Positions 29,583 through 38,682 are shown, counted from the first letter of the stretch. The stretch is DNA of 64,000 nt from Calditrichales bacterium (GCA_965267575.1 OZ254086.1:2944001-3008000), one strand, 5' to 3'. Notes: generated by a model from the letters alone, not told the origin. Translations and numbers: made by a program.

Positions 29583-31142
29583 ATGAAATGGACTATGAAA
29601 AAGCTTTTCTCCGCATCAAAATGGCTGCACAAATATTTTGGGCTTGCGCTAATTCTCTATTTTGCCTGGATGGGGCTTTCCGGCATTCTGCTTAATCATC
29701 CGGGGCTGATTTCTTCACTGGCTGTACCCGGGTTTATGGTTCCGCCGCAATATCATGCCCACAACTGGAGCCGCAGCTCCATCACCGATGTCGTCTTCAT
29801 GAAGCAGGACACGACGCGTGTTTTTGCCGCCGGTAAATCAGGCATCTGGCACAGCTGTAATGGCGGTTGGCTCTTTGAACGATGGGATAAAGAGTTTCCG
29901 CAGGCGCCTTTTCTGCGCGAAACATACGACCTGTTTTTGTGGGAGGGCGATTCCTCTATTTTGTTGGCGGCAACCGCCGGCGGTTTATACCGGGCCGAAC
30001 CTGACCGGGCCATTTGGCGAAAAGTTCATCTGGACGGGACCTCGCCGAGTCTCAAAAAAATAATTCTTTTGGACGAAAGGCTTTTGTTGTTCAGCGAAGA
30101 TCACGTTTACAGCTCAGAGGGGTGGCCCGTTGAATGGCACTTCCAAAAGGTCACGCCTGAGCGGCAGGATGCCTCACCAGGTATCCCGATGATCCGCTTT
30201 TTCTTTGCCCTGCACGAAGGCGCCATTTGGGGTCTGCCCGGAAAACTGCTGTTTGATCTGGCCGGGCTGATCCTGTTTTTTCTCTCCGTTTCCGCATTCT
30301 ATTCCTGGTATTTTCCCTGGAAGAGGCAACGCGATAAGCGCCGGGGGCGGCAAAAACCGGCGAGTCTTATGAAGCGCTTTTTTAAGTGGTTTCTGCAATA
30401 TCACCTGAAACTGGGTATCTGGAGCGCAGCGATCCTGTTTATTATCGCCTTTACCGGATTTTTTATGCGTCCGCCGATGTTGGCGGTTTTGGCCGGTAAA
30501 TCGCTTCCTGCTGCCTGGTACCCGGCGCCGCTTCCGGAGAATCCCTGGCAGCACAAAATCCAGAACGCCCTTTACGATCCTGTGGATAACAAAATCATCA
30601 TCGCGGCAACCGACGGTTTCTGGCAGGGGCCGTCCGATTTTTCGCGGCCCTTTGTGAAAACGGAGCTGCAAACGCCCCTGTTCGTAATGGGCGCCACCGT
30701 TTTTGAGGCGGACAGCAGCGGGCTTATGGTCGGCTCTTTCAACGGTCTCTACCGTAAACAGCGAACGTATCCTGCTTTTGATCTGATTGCCTCCGAACCT
30801 GCCGGCGATGTATCCGATATCCGCCTAGGCGAGTATATGATTACCGGCTATTTTGACACACCCGGAGGTGCGCCATATCTCCTGACCCACAGGCAAGGGA
30901 TTCTGCGCGCCGATGGCAGCGCCATCAAAAACGGACGCTTTGCCATGCCCGATGATCCGCGTATTGACAGGATGAGCCTTTGGAAGTGGCTTTTTGAGCT
31001 GCACAATGGCCGCATCTTCCGGGATTTTGTGGGCTCGGTCTATATTCTGATCGCTCCGCTGGGCGCGCTGCTTTTTATGCTGATCACATTGAGCGGGGTT
31101 TACGACTGGCTGGCTCTGAAGTGGCCTTTTTTGCGGCGTTGA
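29583..31142 (+). CDS. PepSY-associated TM-helix domain protein
   Basis: WLHKYFG...SGILLNH, ALHEG, YHLKLG...TGFF, ELHNGR His-bearing TM motifs. Confidence 0.8.
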   Translation: MKWTMKKLFSASKWLHKYFGLALILYFAWMGLSGILLNHPGLISSLAVPGFMVPPQYHAHNWSRSSITDVVFMKQDTTRVFAAGKSGIWHSCNGGWLFERWDKEFPQAPFLRETYDLFLWEGDSSILLAATAGGLYRAEPDRAIWRKVHLDGTSPSLKKIILLDERLLLFSEDHVYSSEGWPVEWHFQKVTPERQDASPGIPMIRFFFALHEGAIWGLPGKLLFDLAGLILFFLSVSAFYSWYFPWKRQRDKRRGRQKPASLMKRFFKWFLQYHLKLGIWSAAILFIIAFTGFFMRPPMLAVLAGKSLPAAWYPAPLPENPWQHKIQNALYDPVDNKIIIAATDGFWQGPSDFSRPFVKTELQTPLFVMGATVFEADSSGLMVGSFNGLYRKQRTYPAFDLIASEPAGDVSDIRLGEYMITGYFDTPGGAPYLLTHRQGILRADGSAIKNGRFAMPDDPRIDRMSLWKWLFELHNGRIFRDFVGSVYILIAPLGALLFMLITLSGVYDWLALKWPFLRR

Positions 31143-31208
31143 ATTTTTTCCTCATCTTAAAAAGTCTCTCGCCGAACATTAGTCAATGCCCATAAGTCTG
31201 AGAATATC

Positions 31209-31706
31209 ATGAAGAAAATCTGCGCCTGGTGTGGAAAAAGCCTGGAATCGATATCTATTGAAAGTGATACTTTCTTCGCCGTTTCCCATGGCATGTGTGA
31301 AGAGTGTGTAAAAAGTTTCTTTACTGAAAAGGGCTATGCTCTGAGACCTTTCCTCGACTCAATTAATGAACCGATCATTGTTGTTGAAAAGAACCACCGC
31401 GTGCGTTGTGCCAATGTCCACGCTGAAGCGCTCCTTGGCCGGCAGATCAAATCGGAACAAACGGTAAAGTTTGGTGACATTGTGGAGTGTGAAAACGCCC
31501 ACCTTCCCGGCGGATGCGGACGTACGGTGCATTGCAGTGGATGCACCATCCGGCTTTGTATTGCCGAGACTTCTCAAAATGGCAAAAAACACGTGCGCGT
31601 TCCGGCCACCATCAAAGGCGATGATCGCGAAAACCCTGAAGTCAGCTTTTTTGTGTCAACCGAAAAAGCGCAGGAATATATCGTCTTGCGGCTGGAAAAA
31701 GCCTGA
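31209..31706 (+). CDS. Cys-rich PAS-like protein
   Basis: CAWC...SHGMCEEC at the N-terminus, a PAS-like core (LDSINEPIIVVE...AN..AE.LLG), and CENAHLPGGCGRTVHCSGC. Confidence 0.65.
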   Translation: MKKICAWCGKSLESISIESDTFFAVSHGMCEECVKSFFTEKGYALRPFLDSINEPIIVVEKNHRVRCANVHAEALLGRQIKSEQTVKFGDIVECENAHLPGGCGRTVHCSGCTIRLCIAETSQNGKKHVRVPATIKGDDRENPEVSFFVSTEKAQEYIVLRLEKA

Positions 31707-32483
31707 TCAGTTAAGCTCTCTAAGTCCCAAATCCTTTTGCAAAATATTCCTGAAACGCGTAGCGCTGATCGCATGATCAGCCAGTAACCGTCCGTTGTAT
31801 AACAGGTTTACCATTCCGTAAGGCGAGGCCATTCTGGAGCGCCCCTCCCGGGCATCCTCGATTTCCGTTAAGGCAAGCTTTATCCCGAAACGCCCGGCCA
31901 CGGGAGGCAGCTCATTTACTGCTTTGGCGATATAGGGACATTGATTGGTGAAGAGAAGTTCCAGACCCTGCTGGTTTTTTAAGCGCTCCTGCCAGTTTTC
32001 CGGAAAAGAAGGACCGTCATGCTGGCCTTTTATCAGCAAGGTATAAGGCTCCTTGCTGTCCGTTTCGCGGAAGCCGTTTTTCAGGAATACGTCGCTGCCT
32101 GCCATCCAGCTGCCGGCGCTGGATACGACGGCCACGCCCTTTTTGCCGCCCGCTTCCGCCTCGCGGTAGACCGACTGCAACAGTTCACCGGCAAGACCTT
32201 TCATGGACGCTTTTTCCGATTTAACCCACAGGCAATGAATCATCAGAAAACCATCTGCGTTTTCTACAACCCGCCAGCTTTGTTCTGCCGGAATGTATTC
32301 TACAAAGCCGAGGGGCTTGCTGCCATCGCCATAGACCATTTGGAATCGCAGACCGTCGCGGAAGCGTTTTGCCAGCCAGTCGCGTTTGGCTGCGAAGCCC
32401 GGATGCTTCTTATTGCCCACGCAAAACAATCCGTGCTGTTCAAAATTCTCCTCGTCCACGGCAACTATGCTGAAATCGCCCAT
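31707..32483 (-). CDS. GNAT acetyltransferase with C-terminal YoaP-like domain
   Basis: GFVEYIPAE, IHCLWV, KGLAGELL, FLKNGF, C-terminal QCPY...YNGRLL. Confidence 0.8.
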   Translation of the reverse strand: MGDFSIVAVDEENFEQHGLFCVGNKKHPGFAAKRDWLAKRFRDGLRFQMVYGDGSKPLGFVEYIPAEQSWRVVENADGFLMIHCLWVKSEKASMKGLAGELLQSVYREAEAGGKKGVAVVSSAGSWMAGSDVFLKNGFRETDSKEPYTLLIKGQHDGPSFPENWQERLKNQQGLELLFTNQCPYIAKAVNELPPVAGRFGIKLALTEIEDAREGRSRMASPYGMVNLLYNGRLLADHAISATRFRNILQKDLGLRELN

Positions 32484-32501
32484 AAAACAATCGCCCTAAA
32501 A

Positions 32502-33224
32502 TTATTTGGTGCCGCGCCCGATGAGCACGCCGATAACACCGCCCCCAAGAAAGCCAGCCGTTTGCCAGCCCCAGCCCAGGTCGCCTTTTTTAAGCTCCTT
32601 GATGTACTCCTGGTTCAGCGAATCGTATTTGAAAAAGGCGACGTTGTAGCCGCGTTCAAATGCCTGGCGGTTTAGTTTTTCCAGCGTGTTGATGGAGTCC
32701 TGCAGGGTAATCACGCGCATGTTAAGCGTGTCCACCTGCTGCAGCTTGTCGCGCTGCTTTTTCCAGGAGAGAGCATTCTGGTGATCGATGATGAATGTTT
32801 CGCTGAACCACAGGGGCACCAGCAGGTATTCCAGCGATACGTCGTGTTCTTCGTTATACACTTCGGTAACGCCCCATTGCGATTGCGCCATCTCCGGGAA
32901 GGTTTCGCGCAGGCGCTGCTGCAGGTCTTCTTTTTTACGCAGATTTCGGACGGAAAGCTGATCGTCCGCGCGTTGTTCTTCCAGCATTGCCACTTGCTCG
33001 CGCAGCGCCTGTGCTTCATTCTTACGCGCCGACACCTCTTCTTTTAGCTGTTTCTGGATTGAATCACGAAATGCCACAACTGTTTGCAGCGAATCGCGCA
33101 TGGCACGCATTTTCTGCATCTCCAGTTCGGCCCGGTGGATCTTTTCCTTGTTTTGCCAAAGCCCACCGAAAAAGGCAAAGGTTACGGCGAGGACAAAAAC
33201 AATCCCTAAAAGCGTTTTAAGCAT
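32502..33224 (-). CDS. Hypothetical coiled-coil protein with N-terminal TM/signal and C-terminal Gly-rich hydrophobic tail
   Basis: MLKTLLGIVFVLAVTFAFFGG, long heptad Q/E/K/L-rich region, WGWQTAGFLGGGVIGVLIG. 8-nt overlap with the upstream amidase. Confidence 0.7.
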   Translation of the reverse strand: MLKTLLGIVFVLAVTFAFFGGLWQNKEKIHRAELEMQKMRAMRDSLQTVVAFRDSIQKQLKEEVSARKNEAQALREQVAMLEEQRADDQLSVRNLRKKEDLQQRLRETFPEMAQSQWGVTEVYNEEHDVSLEYLLVPLWFSETFIIDHQNALSWKKQRDKLQQVDTLNMRVITLQDSINTLEKLNRQAFERGYNVAFFKYDSLNQEYIKELKKGDLGWGWQTAGFLGGGVIGVLIGRGTK

Positions 33225-34176
33225 TTGGAACCTCTAAAGTGTCATCTGTAACAGTTTTAAAACCAAGCGCGTAGCCGATCCGGAAAACAAGACCCGCGTC
33301 ACCCTCAACAAAATCATAGTTGATCTTATGGCCGCCCTGAACGGCGTCATGCAGGCGGATATATGTCTCGCGGTCACCGCGCTGCAGCTCCATAATCAGG
33401 CCCTTGACCATGCTGCCGGCGGCGATATTCATTTTATTAAGCTCTTTTATGTTGCTGCTGAAAAGCTTTTCTTTCTCACTGTCACTCATTTTTTCCTTCC
33501 CTACCTTACGGCCTGTTTGCGGGTCGATTTTTTGTACGGCGCATTTCTGAATGATCGTATCCCAAAGCCCCTTGTCCGGTAGCGGATCGCTCTTATCCGT
33601 GCGCACCATCGTGTGACCGATAATACCCTGGAAGTCTTTCAGCTTTTCGCCGTAAAAATCAAAATGGCCGTCCGGGGTGCTTTTAGGAATGTTAAAGGTT
33701 TCGGTCAGATGCGTGATCAGACCGGTAAGCGAATCGATCTGGGCATCTTCATATTTGTCAAAATAGCGGTAGCCCCGAAAATCTTTGCCGTAATCAAACG
33801 CTTCGGAGCGGTCTTTGCGCGTGCGCTGCGTAACGCGGTCAAAGCAGTAAAGCTGCCCGTCATGCTCAATCAACCCGCCTTCGCTGGCAATTTCAATCCC
33901 GATAAAACGTTTCTCAAAGCGGATTTTTTCTTCGCGGTTCCACTTAAGGCCAAACTGCCAGGCCCACGCCTTGGGATCAAAAACTTCGTAGATAGTTCCG
34001 TCGTGGTCGATAAGGTAAGCCGTGCCCACCATGGAGCCGTCCTGCATCCACCAGTTAAAGGTAGAACGGGCCGAACCGCCCACAGTGTGATGAATACATA
34101 TGCCGGATTTTGTCGTCGGGCCGGGGAAATACTCTTTTTCTGGCAGGCGCCAATCGCGGTTTATCTGAACAGGCAT
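33217..34176 (-). CDS. N-acetylmuramoyl-L-alanine amidase (Amidase_2/PGRP-like) with unrecognised C-terminal domain
   Basis: ICIHHT, YLID.DG.IY, AW, IGIEI, Y..AQI.SL..L, IIGH...KSDP. GGAGG RBS; no signal peptide. Confidence 0.8.
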   Translation of the reverse strand: MPVQINRDWRLPEKEYFPGPTTKSGICIHHTVGGSARSTFNWWMQDGSMVGTAYLIDHDGTIYEVFDPKAWAWQFGLKWNREEKIRFEKRFIGIEIASEGGLIEHDGQLYCFDRVTQRTRKDRSEAFDYGKDFRGYRYFDKYEDAQIDSLTGLITHLTETFNIPKSTPDGHFDFYGEKLKDFQGIIGHTMVRTDKSDPLPDKGLWDTIIQKCAVQKIDPQTGRKVGKEKMSDSEKEKLFSSNIKELNKMNIAAGSMVKGLIMELQRGDRETYIRLHDAVQGGHKINYDFVEGDAGLVFRIGYALGFKTVTDDTLEVPNA

Positions 34177-34298
34177 AACAGAACCTCCGGGGTTAGAGGA
34201 TGGACGAACGGAGAATTCCTTTTTGCTGTGTGGCTACTTTCCCTGTGTCTTCAAGCTTAAGGAAATATTTGGCATTATGGAAAACTTTTTGCGAACTA

Positions 34299-34431
34299 GT
34301 CTTGTGCTCTTGTAGTCAGGATGTCTCGAGGCCCCTATCTAATCATGCTCCTGATCTTGATCACGGTTTATGCACCGAGCCTTCAAAACAAAAAAACATT
34401 AACACCCTAATACTCTAACACTTTAACACGG
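34299..34431. repeat. Composite degenerate tandem micro-repeat array D
   Basis: gtcttgtg/ctcttgta/gtcaggat/gtctcgag (34299-34330); taatca/tgctcc/tgatct/tgatca (34340-34363); taacaccc/taatactc/taacactt/taacacgg (34400-34431). Confidence 0.8.
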
Positions 34432-34436
34432 CAAAA

Positions 34437-37244
34437 CTATTTTATAAGAACAAACCTTCCGTTTTCCGCGCCATAGTTGCTGTGGCTGATCTTGTAAAAA
34501 TAGTTGCCGCTGGGCCAGGATGCTGCATTAAGCGTGTATCTTCCCGTGCCGCTTTGAGACGTCCAGTTATCCCGGTAAATACTTTGGCCAAGGCTGTTAA
34601 AAACTTCCAGGGACAATTGGCCGGTTACCGGTGCCGCGAAAGAAATAACAGTTTGGCCGTTAAAAGGATTTGGGTAGTTGCCCAGCAGACGGAATTTTTC
34701 GGGCATAGCATGTGAGCCGGCCAGGGTAGTGGTGGTGCCAAAGAAATCGAGCACGGCGGCCAGCAGGGCTTTTTGCTGCTCTTCGTCATATATCGTTTCA
34801 AAAGGGAAGCCCATGTAAAACAGCTTGCCGCTTTCAGTCCCGGCACCAAATGTGCCTTCATAATAAACGGCCGCCGGTTTGCCATTGGCGTAATTCAAAG
34901 CCGTTTTGGCCCCGTTGACAGCATCGATAACATCGGGATAGTCTTCCTTGTAAACGCCGTGGTTGCCGTCATCATAGCTTAAATTCAATCCTGAAAAAGG
35001 CGAGCCGCTTTGGCCGTTAACGCTGTATGAGTTGGAATCATCCTCGCGGTACGCTGCTTTCAGGTAGCTGCCAAAAAAAGACCTGTCGCTGCTCTGGCCG
35101 CTGTAATCCAGATCCCAGGCGATTTCCGAACCGCTGATGAACAGCTTGCCACCGTTGCTGAGATAATTTTTCACTTTTTGCTGCTCTCCGTCATCCAGGG
35201 TTTCATCGTCCGTACTTTCATCACCCAGCTGCCAGATAACAGCCCAGTAATCATTCAGGTTGATTGTGCCCGCTGCCACCGCCTCATTGGATGCCGTTTC
35301 AAAAGGGTATCCCAACGCAAAAAGCAGGCGTCCGCTGCGCGCGGCGAAATCGTGATGCATATGGGGCCAGCTGCCCCGTGTCGCGGTTGTCCGGTCAAAG
35401 CCGTCCACGATGAGGATTTTCTTCAGGTTACGCGTGGAATACTGCGCGTAGATATCCGATGGAATACTTGTGCTTTGGTTTACATCCGTGGAAACACCGA
35501 CAAGCTTGTAGAAACGGCAGGAATCCGTGAAGGCGAAGCTGTAAGAGGTCGTGCTCTTGTCAAGCTCGTGCGAAACGGACCAGTCATAGCCGTCTGCGGA
35601 CTCAAAAAGACGCAGGGAAGCGATTTCGTCCGATTGTGCCATTTTCCAGTTTAGCCTGATATTGTTCTTGGCGGTGACCGTTGCCAGCTCCGGCTGCGGC
35701 AGATTGCCCGGGGTGCCCTGCATGTTAATGTAATAGCGCGGTGTATAATCGCTGAGTGCAGAATAGCTGTAAGCGCGGTAAGATACACGCCAGTTGTAGC
35801 CGGCCGACTCCACCATGGTGATGGTGCCGTTGCTGTTATGGTGCACAACCATCCTGACATGGCCAACGATGTGCGCCGCATCGCCGGGACGCGTCTCTTC
35901 CCAGGTCTCGTAGGGCAGGGTAATGCCGTCGTCCATCATTCTGGTGGAGTAGTGCGAGGTGAGGTTCCAGCAGCGCGAGACAAAGCCTGAGCAGTCCACA
36001 CCCACTGCAGACGGGCTGCCGACACTTTTACTGGTGTAGGCGTCGCCGGCGTATTTGCCGCTGTTCAGCCCGTTCAGGAATTGATTCAGGGTCTGAAAAC
36101 CACCCCATTTGTAAGCCATATTCTGATGCGATCCCGGTGTAACCCAGGTGGGTGTTTTTACTTTGTAGCCATACTGGTCGGTGATGGTGCCATTGGTGAT
36201 ATTGGCCGATGTGCAGCTCCAGGTCAGGCGCACATAGCTGTCGCCGGTTTCCAGGGCCTCATCGGAAGTAACCGTTGGCAGTACGGCATTCAGCAAAAAA
36301 TCATTTTCTTTTTTAGATTGTTCAGCTTCCGGCTCAGCCTCTTTGCCATCAATAAAACCATGGAAACGATAGTAGTCTTCCGGATATGAACGCACGCCTG
36401 TCCCTGCTTCATCCAGGTCCCATTGCAGGACTTTTAGCGATGTTTCTTCGCCAAACATATGATACAGCTTGCCATCTGCCGACACCTGCAAATCGTTATC
36501 GATGAAGACGTAGCTTTGTGCGGGCAGGTGTACGCGGTTCAGCAGGCGGCCATCCGGACTGTATTGGTGTGCTTCGCGGCGGATTTTCAGCGGTACGTGG
36601 CTCTCGAACAGCTCGATGTCTACGTAAATTCGTTGTGCGTTATCGCTGCCAACCACCTGGATACTGGCCAGGTCGCCTGCGGGGAAGTCAATGGTAAAAG
36701 TCCGGCCAAAGGCTTCCAGGCGCGCACGTGTCCCGTCTTCTTTGATTGCTTTGAGGCTGCCGCCGGTTATTTGATCTTGCTGGTTCTTTTCAGCCTTTTG
36801 CAGATCAAAGAAAAAGCGTTCGGCGCCGTCCACTTCAATCCGCAATAAGCCCTCGCTGGCTTCCAGGCTGGTTACCGCGGAAGCGCCTTCACTGCGGTGA
36901 ATTTCAGTAAAGCCCTGTCCGTCCTGAAGCCAGACGCGGTTGCCGTCACTCACAGCAAAACCTTCGGGCGTCCGCTGTAAGAAATAACTCCCGCGCGGTA
37001 TATTCAACTGCTGAAGCAGGCGTTCTGCTGCATAGGTCTTTATGCTGCCATTTTGATTGTCCAGCACAAAAACGGTGTCTTTTGAGATGGCGAAGGCTTG
37101 TGGCCCATAGCGCCCCTCCGGCAGGACATCATAGGCCGGAGCGGAGTCATCGTCCCAGGATTTTTCGAAAATCACTTCCTGCGCGATAGCTTGCGACAGG
37201 AGTAAAACAATCATTGTTGAAACGGAAAAAAGAAGGCGGGTCAT
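34437..37244 (-). CDS. Secreted multidomain protein: NlpC/P60-like cysteine peptidase, FN3-like segment, alpha/beta domain, C-terminal sorting domain
   Basis: Signal peptide, YKWGG...GVDCSGFVSRCW...PGDA...GHVRM, KILIVDGFDR...GGKLFISGSEIAWDLD, GNYPNPFN...GNYFY...LIK. Confidence 0.75.
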   Translation of the reverse strand: MTRLLFSVSTMIVLLLSQAIAQEVIFEKSWDDDSAPAYDVLPEGRYGPQAFAISKDTVFVLDNQNGSIKTYAAERLLQQLNIPRGSYFLQRTPEGFAVSDGNRVWLQDGQGFTEIHRSEGASAVTSLEASEGLLRIEVDGAERFFFDLQKAEKNQQDQITGGSLKAIKEDGTRARLEAFGRTFTIDFPAGDLASIQVVGSDNAQRIYVDIELFESHVPLKIRREAHQYSPDGRLLNRVHLPAQSYVFIDNDLQVSADGKLYHMFGEETSLKVLQWDLDEAGTGVRSYPEDYYRFHGFIDGKEAEPEAEQSKKENDFLLNAVLPTVTSDEALETGDSYVRLTWSCTSANITNGTITDQYGYKVKTPTWVTPGSHQNMAYKWGGFQTLNQFLNGLNSGKYAGDAYTSKSVGSPSAVGVDCSGFVSRCWNLTSHYSTRMMDDGITLPYETWEETRPGDAAHIVGHVRMVVHHNSNGTITMVESAGYNWRVSYRAYSYSALSDYTPRYYINMQGTPGNLPQPELATVTAKNNIRLNWKMAQSDEIASLRLFESADGYDWSVSHELDKSTTSYSFAFTDSCRFYKLVGVSTDVNQSTSIPSDIYAQYSTRNLKKILIVDGFDRTTATRGSWPHMHHDFAARSGRLLFALGYPFETASNEAVAAGTINLNDYWAVIWQLGDESTDDETLDDGEQQKVKNYLSNGGKLFISGSEIAWDLDYSGQSSDRSFFGSYLKAAYREDDSNSYSVNGQSGSPFSGLNLSYDDGNHGVYKEDYPDVIDAVNGAKTALNYANGKPAAVYYEGTFGAGTESGKLFYMGFPFETIYDEEQQKALLAAVLDFFGTTTTLAGSHAMPEKFRLLGNYPNPFNGQTVISFAAPVTGQLSLEVFNSLGQSIYRDNWTSQSGTGRYTLNAASWPSGNYFYKISHSNYGAENGRFVLIK

Positions 37245-37341
37245 AATAACACTTCCATGAGTTAATTCGGATACTGAACCAATATAAGCAATCCTGGCAA
37301 AAAAACTATCTAATGTGAACTACTGAAGTTTATAACCGGGC

Positions 37342-37370
37342 AAAAAAAAGCCCGCTTGGGCAGCGGGCTT
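37342..37370 (-). terminator. Rho-independent terminator
   Basis: aagcccgct...agcgggctt hairpin with an A run on the plus strand (U tail on minus), after the baeRF gene. Confidence 0.8.
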
Positions 37371-37389
37371 ACTTAAATGCGAAAACTTA

Positions 37390-38559
37390 TCAATAGCGGA
37401 AAATAGCCGCCATAGGTTTGTTTTTTGGCAATTCATCGCTGGCAAATATCCTGATGCTACCGTCGTTTTGCAGGGTATTGCGCATGGAGAAATGCACCAG
37501 GTCTATGTCCGAATCGGTTTTGTCGGAATGGACGGTAACGGCGTGTTTGTCCTCTTTATACGTGCCCCAGATATGTGCCGATGGGTCGACCAGCAATGTG
37601 TCAATACGTTTTGCTGCCGCTGACTTAATGATCTCTTCAATATCTATTGAGGCTTTCTGCGCGTTGAGCAGCTCATGAAAGGTATCCAGTGCCTGCTGTT
37701 TTTCAGTTTCGATGCTGTCGGCGATAATGTCCCAGCTTTCGGATAAAAGCTCCTTGTCATCCATATCTTCCGGATTTTTGTCTATGTGCTTTTTTGTTAG
37801 CAGGGGGTAGTGCGTAACTTCCGCAAACAGAGGAATCAGTTCCTCTATACCGGCTAAAATCAGCGGGGCGTTTTGCTCCCTGATCCTTTTGTAATAACCC
37901 TTTTCATTCAGCTCATTATCCAGCAGTTGGAAAAAGCGTTTTATGTCCTTCTTGTGGCGCAGCGCGTCTGAGCCGGTACCTTGTCCGTGAAACATGGCCG
38001 GACGTTTACCACTGCCGCCGGCCCCCGTGTGGAATTGCATCGATTTTTCCGGGTCATCGTATTTCAATACATCTTCAATGGAAGTGGGAATATTTTTAAG
38101 CTCGATCGGTGTGACGCTGTAGCGCGTACATTTTTTTAGTGAGATATTTTTTTGCCCCAGCCCCAGTACGTAATAGAGCCTGTCCTGCGTGATCATCGGG
38201 ATTAACGGTTTGATATAGAATTCGTCGCGTACAACCGCTTGCTCCTCAGGTTGCTCGGGCAGCCGGCACATCAGCGCTTTACCGGGTGAAAGGAAAAACG
38301 CGACGCCGTTCATCTGGTCCAGCCAGAAGTTATCATGGCTGCTTTCATCGCGGAGAGTTGCCATGCTCTCGGTCAAAGCTCCATCACGGTAACCTTGTTT
38401 TTGCAGTTCTTTTTCAGCTTCGGCAATCAGGTTTTTCAGGCGGATGTGATTTTGCCGGATGCGTTGATCCGCCTTAAAAACGGGCATGAAAAGAGAAACG
38501 GAATGCTTTTGCCTGTGATTGATAATTTCTTCAATCTGGTTAAAATCAAGTAAGCGCAT
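37390..38559 (-). CDS. Bacterial archaeo-eukaryotic release-factor-like protein (baeRF3/7-type)
   Basis: VSLFMP...N.IRLKNL, FW......A.F, FYIKPL, MFHGQG, PLILAG, RIDTLLV, C-terminal AAIFRY. AAGGAG RBS. Confidence 0.8.
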   Translation of the reverse strand: MRLLDFNQIEEIINHRQKHSVSLFMPVFKADQRIRQNHIRLKNLIAEAEKELQKQGYRDGALTESMATLRDESSHDNFWLDQMNGVAFFLSPGKALMCRLPEQPEEQAVVRDEFYIKPLIPMITQDRLYYVLGLGQKNISLKKCTRYSVTPIELKNIPTSIEDVLKYDDPEKSMQFHTGAGGSGKRPAMFHGQGTGSDALRHKKDIKRFFQLLDNELNEKGYYKRIREQNAPLILAGIEELIPLFAEVTHYPLLTKKHIDKNPEDMDDKELLSESWDIIADSIETEKQQALDTFHELLNAQKASIDIEEIIKSAAAKRIDTLLVDPSAHIWGTYKEDKHAVTVHSDKTDSDIDLVHFSMRNTLQNDGSIRIFASDELPKNKPMAAIFRY

Positions 38560-38682
38560 GGTCCATCTCCTTTTTTGTTTATATACTGTTCGCCAGTGTG
38601 ATAAACTAAAATATTGTCACGACCGTTATTTCAATGTTAAACGGCTAACAAAGGCAGGCGTCAGGGCATTAGCTTTGTAAAT

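Noticed and set aside
32711..33019. Nested same-strand ORF as a possible o-spanin (Rz1)
   Set aside because: It has no hydrophobic signal peptide or lipobox.
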